Assembly: GCA_018267585.1 (NCBI GenBank) | Contig: JAFDYE010000482.1 | Location: forward strand, 14,380-78,379 | DNA from: Bacteroidota bacterium | GTDB taxonomy: Bacteria > Bacteroidota > Bacteroidia > Chitinophagales > Chitinophagaceae | Length of the DNA stretch: 64,000 bases | Direction: 5' to 3' | Shown: positions 56,403 through 64,000 of the stretch, one piece after another | How positions within the stretch are numbered: the first letter of the stretch is position 1 | Layout of the letters: each line of letters begins with the position of its first letter | Made by a program: the position numbers and the translations under genes | Notes under the pieces: generated by a model | Database searches by the model: none | What the model was told of the DNA's origin: nothing | The model's input: the letters and a program-made list of their open reading frames with translations, nothing else

Positions 56403-57536
56403 TTACGCGCGGTCAACGAATTCCAAAACTGCCGTGGTTATGGTTCTCAGTTGTTCTTCGTCCAGCTCTGTATGCATCGGAAGGGAAATGACCCTTTCGG
56501 TGAGCCAGTCTGTGGTCTCGAGGTGAAAATCTCCCCCACCAAGGGACGCAAACATTTGCTGACGATGCGCGGGCACTGGATAATAGATCATCGAGGGTAT
56601 ATTCTTCCCCATCAGAAAGGTATTCAGACCATCCCGGTCCACACCTTCCAGGACAAGCGTATACTGATGAAATACATGGTGGCTATAGGATGCCCGATAG
56701 GGCGTTATGATCTTAGGATGAGCCTTAAAGGCATTATCGTAATAGTCGGCGGCGGCACGTCTGGCGGAGATGTACTCATCCAGTTTTTTCAGCTTCACAT
56801 TCAGCACGGCTGCCTGGATGGAATCCAGACGGCTGTTGCAGCCTACAAGATCGTGATAATATCGTCGGCTCTGCCCATGGTTCGCAATCATTTTCAACCG
56901 GCTAGCTAACGCATCATCATCTGTAAATATTGCCCCCCCGTCTCCGTAACAACCCAAATTTTTTGACGGGAAGAAGGACGTCGTCCCGATCGTACCGATG
57001 GACCCGGTCTTTTTTATGGCGCCGCCGGCGAAGATATAATTACTTCCGATTGCCTGGGCATTATCTTCTATGATAAAAAGATTAAACTTTTTAGCTATCC
57101 GAAGCAGCTCCTCCATCGGAGCAGCCTGACCATAAAGATGCACCGGGACAATGGCCCTGGTCCTGGACGTGACAGCCCGCTCGACAGCGGCAGGATCGAT
57201 GCAGAAGGTCCTGGGATCAACCTCGACAAACACCGGCTTCAGCTTTAGCAGAGCGATCACCTCGGTCGTGGCGATATAGGTAAAAGAAGGAGTGATGACC
57301 TCGTCGCCAGGCTGCAGATCAAGGGCCATCATCGCTATCTGCAGGGCATCGGTACCATTCGCACAGGGGATGACGTGCTTCGAACCCACATAGCCGCCAA
57401 GACCTGCTGCAAGATCGGCGACGGCCTTTCCATTGATAAATGACGTGTTATCTAAAACCTCCTGGATGGCTGAGTCAACTTCACTCTTTATATTTGTATA
57501 TTGCCGTTTAAGATCTACCATTTGGATGGGCCGCAT
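56403..57536 (-). CDS. DegT/DnrJ/EryC1/StrS sugar aminotransferase
   Basis: NGTDALQIA, PVHLYGQ, EDNAQAIG, SFFPSKNLGCYGDGG, NSRLDSIQAA. Confidence 0.93.
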   Translation of the reverse strand: MRPIQMVDLKRQYTNIKSEVDSAIQEVLDNTSFINGKAVADLAAGLGGYVGSKHVIPCANGTDALQIAMMALDLQPGDEVITPSFTYIATTEVIALLKLKPVFVEVDPRTFCIDPAAVERAVTSRTRAIVPVHLYGQAAPMEELLRIAKKFNLFIIEDNAQAIGSNYIFAGGAIKKTGSIGTIGTTSFFPSKNLGCYGDGGAIFTDDDALASRLKMIANHGQSRRYYHDLVGCNSRLDSIQAAVLNVKLKKLDEYISARRAAADYYDNAFKAHPKIITPYRASYSHHVFHQYTLVLEGVDRDGLNTFLMGKNIPSMIYYPVPAHRQQMFASLGGGDFHLETTDWLTERVISLPMHTELDEEQLRTITTAVLEFVDRA

Positions 57537-57688
57537 AGTTTGTACGTTTATTTGAAATGATGTGGTAATTTATATTCCCTTGGGGGCACAAACCTACTGC
57601 AAAAATGTGGTTTATCCAATGTTATAGGCTTCAGGACCAGTGACTGCGGACATGAATCAGTAACTATTCAAACACAAAATCGGAGACG

Positions 57689-58978
57689 TTGAGCATTCTT
57701 TTCTATCACATTTTTTTATGGCTGTATAAGATAGGTATCCGCCTCATATCGCCCTGGAACCGGAAGGCCCAGCTCTGGCTGGAAGGAAGAAAGGACCTCT
57801 TCGACAGGATGAAAGCCTCCCTTTCATCGTCCCCTGTCACCGGGGGTCAGACGATCTGGATGCATTGTTCATCACTCGGGGAGTTCGAGCAAGGACGCCC
57901 CGTCCTTGAAAACCTGCACCAAAGATCACCGGAATGCCGCATCATACTCACCTTTTTCTCCCCCTCCGGCTACGAGACCAGAAAAACCTATCCCCTCGCC
58001 AACCATATCTTTTATTTGCCGCTGGACAGCCCCGGAAATGCAAGACAATTCGTTGACCTCATAAAACCAGACCTGGTGCTTTGGGTGAAATACGACTACT
58101 GGTACTATTTTCTGGCAGAGCTGAAAAAACGGAATATTCCGGCGCTGCTGATATCCGGCGTGTTTCGTCCCGACCAGCCATTCTTTCACTGGTATGGACG
58201 CCTTCACCGCTACATGCTCGAATGCTTCACCCACCTCTTCGTTCAGACCGATACCTCAAAGACCTTATTGAGCCGGCTGCGGTTGACTGACCAGGTAAGC
58301 GTCAGCGGTGATACCCGCTTTGACCGGGTGATCGAAATAGCAGAAAGCGGCGCTCCCCTGCCACAGATCGATGCCTTCTGCGGCGCCCGGCCCGTCATCG
58401 TCGCCGGCAGCACCTGGGAAGAAGACGAAGAAGAACTGGATCACTATGCCAATACCCATCCGGATATCCGCTTTATCATTGCCCCACACGAGATCGGCGA
58501 AGACAGACTGCGTGAAATAGAAGGACTCTTCCGCCATGCGGTAAGATATTCAGTGTGGGAAAAAAATGGCAGGACCGCCACCGGAGCACCAGCAGGATGG
58601 CCGGAACCCAACGTGCTCATCATCGACAATATAGGTATGCTGTCACGACTATATCGCTATGCTACAATCGCTTATGTGGGAGGTGGATTCGGAGATGACG
58701 GCGTACATAATGTCCTGGAAGCCGCGGTATATGGCAAACCGGTCGTTTTTGGACCGGTCATAGAAAAATATATCGAGGCAGTTGAGCTCAACGAGTGCGG
58801 AGGCGGACTGATCATAGACAGCGCACTCGAAGCCGAAAAAGTTTTTAACCGCCTCTTACAAAATCCACAGGAATGCCTCGAGACTGGCGCAGCATCCCGG
58901 AACTATGTCCACTCAAAAAAAGGTGCTACAGACAGGATTATCAGGTACATCTATGAAAAACGCCTCTTGACCAGCTGA
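57689..58978 (+). CDS. waaA: Kdo transferase
   Basis: IWMHCSSLGE, TFFSPSG, YLPLD, GDTRFDRV, IAPH, HNVLEAAVYGKPVVFGP; TTG start. Overlaps the convergent gene by 28 bp. Confidence 0.92.
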   Translation: MSILFYHIFLWLYKIGIRLISPWNRKAQLWLEGRKDLFDRMKASLSSSPVTGGQTIWMHCSSLGEFEQGRPVLENLHQRSPECRIILTFFSPSGYETRKTYPLANHIFYLPLDSPGNARQFVDLIKPDLVLWVKYDYWYYFLAELKKRNIPALLISGVFRPDQPFFHWYGRLHRYMLECFTHLFVQTDTSKTLLSRLRLTDQVSVSGDTRFDRVIEIAESGAPLPQIDAFCGARPVIVAGSTWEEDEEELDHYANTHPDIRFIIAPHEIGEDRLREIEGLFRHAVRYSVWEKNGRTATGAPAGWPEPNVLIIDNIGMLSRLYRYATIAYVGGGFGDDGVHNVLEAAVYGKPVVFGPVIEKYIEAVELNECGGGLIIDSALEAEKVFNRLLQNPQECLETGAASRNYVHSKKGATDRIIRYIYEKRLLTS

Positions 58979-59802
58979 TAGAAATGCCGGGTAGTCTCCC
59001 GATTCTCATCCCAACCCAGCTTTACCTTCAGCTCACGCTCCATCCAATACTCGGCCTCCGGCAGGATCCTGAACCCATTGATGGTCTTCAGACTCCGCTC
59101 GTACATCACTTCATCTCCCCTAAACAATTGATTAATAAATACATATCTATCATTAACGCCGATCGCCTTCTTCAGGTCGCGAACAGGGGAATCGTTGAGC
59201 GTAGACTTCAGGTCCGCTACATCAGACCGCAGCCTGTCATTAAGGGATGAGTTGCCACTGCCTATTACATCATTGATCTCCCGCGACTTCTGAGAAAGGG
59301 TAAACCGGTCCGTCGGCTTCTCCGCGAGCGGATCGAACGGCCACTGTCCCCTTTCCGGCCCCTTGCCGGGAGGGGCATCTATCGTCTTCCTGGCAATGCT
59401 GCCATTCGTAGCCGTTGCGACGCTTCCGTTGTTGACGCCAGACGCCGCAACGCCCGAAACGCCTCCATTGACACCGGCTACCGGCGCCGCCGTAATTGCA
59501 GCCTCCACCTCGATCCCGGCCTCCAACGCGACGCCGGAATTCGTCTGACCGTTGCCGATCACGCTGGCACTGACCGCAGGGGCGGATTCTTTCCTCGGCT
59601 GTTGCTGGCCTGCAACGATTTTTGCAGCGGATGGCATCATAACCGCTATCTTCGTCGGCATTACCTTCGCAGGGGCGGGTTGACTGGCCATGATCTGGAG
59701 CTCCGCTTCCAGAAGCCGGGTGATCTCAAGGAGCTGAGCAGGTTCGGCCTGATGGTCAAACTGCTCTTTCAGTCGGGTAATCAGTTCTTTAAGTCGTTCC
59801 AT
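58951..59802 (-). CDS. Conserved Bacteroidota hypothetical protein (low-complexity middle, conserved C-terminus)
   Basis: C-terminal DLKKAIGVNDRYVFINQLFRGD...W..FY.LV.RRF; Ala/Gly/Val/Asn-rich linker. Confidence 0.75.
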   Translation of the reverse strand: MERLKELITRLKEQFDHQAEPAQLLEITRLLEAELQIMASQPAPAKVMPTKIAVMMPSAAKIVAGQQQPRKESAPAVSASVIGNGQTNSGVALEAGIEVEAAITAAPVAGVNGGVSGVAASGVNNGSVATATNGSIARKTIDAPPGKGPERGQWPFDPLAEKPTDRFTLSQKSREINDVIGSGNSSLNDRLRSDVADLKSTLNDSPVRDLKKAIGVNDRYVFINQLFRGDEVMYERSLKTINGFRILPEAEYWMERELKVKLGWDENRETTRHFYQLVKRRFS

Positions 59803-59909
59803 AGCACTGTTTAAGAGCACTTTTGGGTTAGAAAGTGTGGTGTGAACCGTAAAAAATCTAGTGTCCTATAAAGTTATAACAAATTCCGAACCTAATTTAT
59901 AAGTAGTAT

Positions 59910-60479
59910 ATGTTCATTGAACCCCATATCAAGGGTGAAAAACGCGGCTGGATCGAAGTCATTTGCGGATCAATGTTCTCCGGGAAAACAGAAGAACTGA
60001 TCAGAAGGCTAAAACGTGCTAAAATTGCCAACCTCCGGGTCGAGATCTTTAAGCCGGCCATGGATACCCGCTACCATGAGCTGAATATCGTATCCCATGA
60101 CGAAAATGCCATCCAGTCAACACCGATCGATAACTCCCAGACGATACTCCTGATGGCCGGCGAAGTCGACGTTATCGGCATCGACGAGGCCCAGTTCTTT
60201 GACGATCAATTGCCGGAAGTCTGCGACCAGCTTGCTGTCCGGGGTGCCCGGGTGATCGTCGCAGGCCTGGACATGGACTACGCTGCCAAACCCTTCGGAC
60301 AGATGCCTCATCTGCTTGCCAAAGCTGAATATATAACCAAGTTACATGCCATTTGTGTGAAATGTGGAAATATTGCAAACTATTCCTACCGTAAGAAAGC
60401 CCGGACAGGACAGATACTGCTGGGTGAAAAAGATACCTATGAACCCCGGTGCCGCCACTGCTACTATACCCTGCCTTAA
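59910..60479 (+). CDS. tdk: Thymidine kinase
   Basis: [29 protein letters not shown] and PRCRHC zinc ligands. Confidence 0.96.
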   Translation: MFIEPHIKGEKRGWIEVICGSMFSGKTEELIRRLKRAKIANLRVEIFKPAMDTRYHELNIVSHDENAIQSTPIDNSQTILLMAGEVDVIGIDEAQFFDDQLPEVCDQLAVRGARVIVAGLDMDYAAKPFGQMPHLLAKAEYITKLHAICVKCGNIANYSYRKKARTGQILLGEKDTYEPRCRHCYYTLP

Positions 60480-60517
60480 CAGACATCCGCAAAATAAAAT
60501 TTAACGATTCTTTAGAA

Positions 60518-61216
60518 TTGAACAGCCCCTACATTTGTGGGCCAAAACCCGGATCGATCAGTTCAGCCAAACACATATTAACACTTTTTCGCAAAGATCT
60601 TCTGCTGGAAATACGGCAGCAGTACACCTTCTATGGCGTCCTGCTGTACGTCGCCTCTACCATTTTCGTCCTTTATCTGTCCATGGGCGGGCCGGAAAGC
60701 ACGGTCTGGAAAGGCCTTTTCTGGATGATGCAGCTGTTCATCTGCGTAAACGCCGTCGCCAAAAGCTTTCTGCAGGAAGGAAAAGGCCGCCTCCTCTATT
60801 TCTATACCATCGCAGGCCCCAAAGACTTTATCCTGTCCAAGCTGCTGTTCAATGCCCTGCTGATGATCCTTATGAGCCTGGTTAGCCTCGGCCTTTTCGT
60901 ACTAATGCTCGGCAATCCGATGCCCAACCCCCTGTCCTTTGTTGCGATCAGCTGTCTCGGAGGGATAAGCCTCAGCCTCGTCTTCACTTTTCTGGCAGCC
61001 ATCGCGGCGCGCGCCCAGCAAAATGCAGCCCTGATGGCGATCCTCGGTTTTCCCCTGATCATCCCTCAGCTGCTGCTGCTGAGCAAAATATCGAACATTG
61101 CCTTCGAAGACGTCTTACAGGGAGGCCTGGCGACGATGAGCGCCGTGCTGCTCGGACTGGACGCCATGATCATCGCACTGTCCCTGATTCTTTTTCCATT
61201 TTTATGGAAGGACTGA
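60518..61216 (+). CDS. ccmB: Heme exporter permease CcmB (start codon uncertain)
   Basis: LFRKDLLLEIRQ, KSFLQE..GR, LILSKL-like FILSKLLFN, LMAILGFPLIIP. No suitable ATG; TTG 60518 is the nearest near-cognate start. Confidence 0.8.
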   Translation: MNSPYICGPKPGSISSAKHILTLFRKDLLLEIRQQYTFYGVLLYVASTIFVLYLSMGGPESTVWKGLFWMMQLFICVNAVAKSFLQEGKGRLLYFYTIAGPKDFILSKLLFNALLMILMSLVSLGLFVLMLGNPMPNPLSFVAISCLGGISLSLVFTFLAAIAARAQQNAALMAILGFPLIIPQLLLLSKISNIAFEDVLQGGLATMSAVLLGLDAMIIALSLILFPFLWKD

Positions 61217-61274
61217 GGTTTTTCCTATTAACTTTGCGCGGAGTTCGCAAATCGGTATAAATCAAGAAAGTCGT

Positions 61275-61982
61275 ATGATTCGTCAGAAATGGTGGAAAAT
61301 ATTATGCGGGGTCTTACTTGTCTACACCTTCATAGCAGGGTTCCTCGGAAGCGTTCCGGCGAAACCCATCCTCAATGAGACCATCCGGAACCTTTATTTC
61401 CATGTGGCCATGTGGTTCGCCATGATGGTGCTGTTCACGGTCTCCGTCATCTACTCCGTACGCTATCTCCGCACAAACAATCACAAATACGATATCTATG
61501 CCCTCGAATATACCAGGGGAGGCATCGTATTCGGCATACTGGGCTTCACAACCGGCTCCATCTGGGCCCGCTGGACATGGGGAGCCTTCTGGAGCAGCGA
61601 CCCCAAACAGCTGGGCGCAGTCATCGCCCTCCTCATCTACCTGGCCTACCTGGTCCTTCGCAATTCAATGACGGATATGGATAAACGCGCAAGGATCGGC
61701 GCCGTCTACAACATTTTCGCGTTTGCCATGTTGATGCCGACGATATGGATAATCCCGAGGCTGATGGAAAGCCTTCACCCCGGCGGCATGGGCAATCCCG
61801 CACTGGATACGCACGATATCGACGCCCGGATGAGGGTCGTCTTCTGGCCCGGGGCCGTACCCGGATGGACCCTGCTGGGAGTCTGGATAACAACCCTCAG
61901 GATCAGACTGGCTATCCTGACAGAGAAGAAAGAAGATCTGCACCCGGCCCCCAACCAAGCAAGAAAACTTCGTAATGCATAA
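61275..61982 (+). CDS. ccmC: Heme exporter / cytochrome c biogenesis protein CcmC
   Basis: RNLYFHVAMW and tryptophan-rich GSIWARWTWGAFWSSDPK; TAACTTTG promoter at 61229..61236. Confidence 0.9.
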   Translation: MIRQKWWKILCGVLLVYTFIAGFLGSVPAKPILNETIRNLYFHVAMWFAMMVLFTVSVIYSVRYLRTNNHKYDIYALEYTRGGIVFGILGFTTGSIWARWTWGAFWSSDPKQLGAVIALLIYLAYLVLRNSMTDMDKRARIGAVYNIFAFAMLMPTIWIIPRLMESLHPGGMGNPALDTHDIDARMRVVFWPGAVPGWTLLGVWITTLRIRLAILTEKKEDLHPAPNQARKLRNA

Positions 61983-62214
61983 GAAAATTTACAAACCACT
62001 ATTCACGTTATTGGCCTGTTTGATGGCCATTACCCTTTGGGCACAGCCAACCGGCGACACGTCAAAGGTCGAAATGGCCGACAGGTTCAGAGCAGACGGA
62101 AAGATATACGTAGTAATAGCCGTACTGGTGACGATACTTCTGGGATTGTTTATCTACGTTATCCGACTGGACAGAAAGATTACCAAGCTGGAAAAAGACT
62201 TTAATAATAAGTAA
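61975..62214 (+). CDS. ccmD: CcmD-family small membrane protein
   Basis: MAD.FRADGKIYVVIAVLVTILLGLFIYVIRLDRKITKLEK; overlaps the ccmC stop. Confidence 0.75.
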   Translation: MHKKIYKPLFTLLACLMAITLWAQPTGDTSKVEMADRFRADGKIYVVIAVLVTILLGLFIYVIRLDRKITKLEKDFNNK

Positions 62215-62288
62215 GGTTCGGACAAGGTGGTCGCCCAAAAAAATAACGATTGCTTCCACTTCCGAAATCTCACATTAAACCAAGCCAA

Positions 62289-63695
62289 ATGGAATACAAG
62301 TTTTTCGAAGCCGTAGAGAAAAGTTTCGACAAAGCAGCAAAGCACACCAGCTGGGACCCCGGCATCCTCGAACAGATCAAACAATGCAATGCCGTGTACC
62401 GCATGTTCTTCCCCGTAAAGATCGGGGACAAGATCGAAGTGATAAAAGCTTACCGCGTACAACACTCTCACCACAAGACCCCCTGCAAAGGCGGTATCCG
62501 TTTCGCCCCCTCCGTCAACCTGGACGAAGTAATGGCCCTTGCCGCCCTGATGACCTTCAAGTGCGCCATCGTCAACGTCCCCTTCGGCGGCGCCAAAGGA
62601 GGGATCAGCATCGACCCGAAGAAGTACACTCCCTACGAACTGGAAAAGATCACCCGCCGGTATACCTCCGAGCTGATAAAAAAGAACTTTATCGGCCCCG
62701 GCACCGACGTACCCGCTCCCGACTACGGCACCGGCGAACGTGAGATGGCCTGGATACTCGATACCTACATGAGCATGCGCCCCGGCGAGATCGACGCCCT
62801 GGGCTGCGTTACCGGCAAGCCCGTTTCCCAGGGCGGAGTCCGCGGCCGCCGCGAAGCAACAGGCCTGGGCGTCTTCTACGGCATCCGCGAGGTCTGTAAT
62901 ATGCCGGACATCATGAGCCGCCTGAAGATGAAACCCGGTATCGAAGGTAAAACCGTTATCGTACAGGGTATGGGCAATGTAGGCTATCACGCCGCCAAAT
63001 TCTTCCGCGAAGGCGGCGCCAGAGTGATCGCCCTCGCAGAATACGAAGGCGCCATCACGAACCCGAATGGCCTCAACGAAGAAGAGGTCTTCCAGCACCG
63101 GAAGAAAACCGGCAGCATCCTCAATTTCCCCGGAGCAACAAATATTACCACCTCAGGAGACGCGCTCGAGCTGGAATGTGATATCCTTATCCCCGCGGCA
63201 CTCGAGAATGTCATCAACGGGACCAATGCCCCAAATGTAAAGGCAAAGATCATCGGCGAGGCCGCCAACGGCCCCCTTACACCCGAAGCCGACGAAGTAT
63301 TCGTAAAGAAAGGGATACTGGTCGTCCCCGACATGTACCTCAACGCCGGCGGGGTAACCGTGTCCTATTTCGAGTGGCTGAAAAACCTCAGCCACGTACG
63401 CTACGGACGCATGGAAAAAAGGTTTACCGAAAATATGAACAGCCATATCCTCAGTCAGATAGAAGGACTCACCGGTAAAAAGGTCAGCCAGAAAGAAAAA
63501 GAATTTATCATGCACGGCGCCGACGAGGTCGACCTGGTATACAGCGGACTGGAAGAGACCATGATCGCCGCAACCCGCGAGATCATGGATGCCTGGAAAG
63601 CCAACCCCAGCATCCCCGACATGCGCACCGCCGCCTATGTCGTGGCCATCAACAAAGTGGGCACGTCCTACGCTGAGCTGGGTATCTTCCCATAA
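62289..63695 (+). CDS. gdhA: Glutamate dehydrogenase (Glu/Leu/Phe/Val DH family), animal-like type
   Basis: [50 protein letters not shown]. Confidence 0.93.
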   Translation: MEYKFFEAVEKSFDKAAKHTSWDPGILEQIKQCNAVYRMFFPVKIGDKIEVIKAYRVQHSHHKTPCKGGIRFAPSVNLDEVMALAALMTFKCAIVNVPFGGAKGGISIDPKKYTPYELEKITRRYTSELIKKNFIGPGTDVPAPDYGTGEREMAWILDTYMSMRPGEIDALGCVTGKPVSQGGVRGRREATGLGVFYGIREVCNMPDIMSRLKMKPGIEGKTVIVQGMGNVGYHAAKFFREGGARVIALAEYEGAITNPNGLNEEEVFQHRKKTGSILNFPGATNITTSGDALELECDILIPAALENVINGTNAPNVKAKIIGEAANGPLTPEADEVFVKKGILVVPDMYLNAGGVTVSYFEWLKNLSHVRYGRMEKRFTENMNSHILSQIEGLTGKKVSQKEKEFIMHGADEVDLVYSGLEETMIAATREIMDAWKANPSIPDMRTAAYVVAINKVGTSYAELGIFP

Positions 63696-63735
63696 TAGGC
63701 TCCGACAACTTTTTAAAGAAATTCCTGCCCGAAGC

Positions 63736-63765
63736 AAACTCCTGCCCGGGCGGGAGTTTCTTTTT
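63736..63765 (+). terminator. Intrinsic terminator after gdhA
   Basis: aaactcctgcc-cg-ggcgggagttt followed by cttttt. Confidence 0.75.
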
Positions 63766-63822
63766 AAAGCCTGACCCGCCCTCACCAGGCCGCATTGACG
63801 GTTTTTTATGTACCTTCAAACA

Positions 63823-64000
63823 ATGGACAGCACTCAACGATTCACCGACCGGGTCGAAGACTATGTCAAATATCGCCCAACCTATCCCGAAGCAATCCTT
63901 ACCACTTTAAAGGTCAGACCCGGCTGGATAGTGGCCGACATCGGCTCCGGCACCGGTATATCTACCCTGCCTTTCCTTCTCAACAAGAACCGCGTCTTCG
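63823..64000 (+). CDS. Class I SAM-dependent methyltransferase, truncated by the window end
   Basis: Manual translation MDSTQRFTDRVEDYVKYRPTYP...VADIGSGTGIST. Confidence 0.88.
   Translation, partial: MDSTQRFTDRVEDYVKYRPTYPEAILTTLKVRPGWIVADIGSGTGISTLPFLLNKNRVF

Noticed and set aside
50177-57536. Missing rfbA and absence of glycosyltransferases as a novelty
   Set aside because: Precursor-only clusters with rfbA elsewhere are ordinary, and the window cannot show the rest of the genome.

Overview
About 64 kb of chromosome from a high-GC Bacteroidota, most likely Chitinophagaceae. This rests on TAnnTTTG -7 promoters, T9SS C-terminal domains, a GLPGLI protein, Bacteroidota-type ABC permeases and a CcmD-family gene. 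No prophage, integrase, IS or CRISPR was seen. Left to right: a truncated ABC permease; an orphan A1-type cytochrome oxidase subunit I converging on a hexaheme ActA-like cytochrome; an AAA-ATPase/LuxR (LAL-type) regulator flanked by two DUF4242 genes; GNAT-MarR; a GLPGLI / two-component / outer-membrane barrel module; assorted envelope genes; a loose glycosidase region without SusC/D (GH20, GH9-ThuA fusion, GH92, GH92-BSP fusion, GH29); tRNA-Gln(CTG) with a ~190-bp insert bounded by a duplicated tRNA 3' end; two T9SS cargo proteins; a nucleotide-sugar cluster; waaA, tdk, ccmBCD, gdhA and a truncated methyltransferase. The best candidate for an undescribed system is the LAL-DUF4242-cytochrome module. 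Both DUF4242 promoters carry TAGGG repeats 22 bp apart, with the proximal copy exactly 45 nt before the end of the -7-like element, and a third gene 11 kb away has the same geometry. All family calls come from motif recognition by eye; no database search was run.
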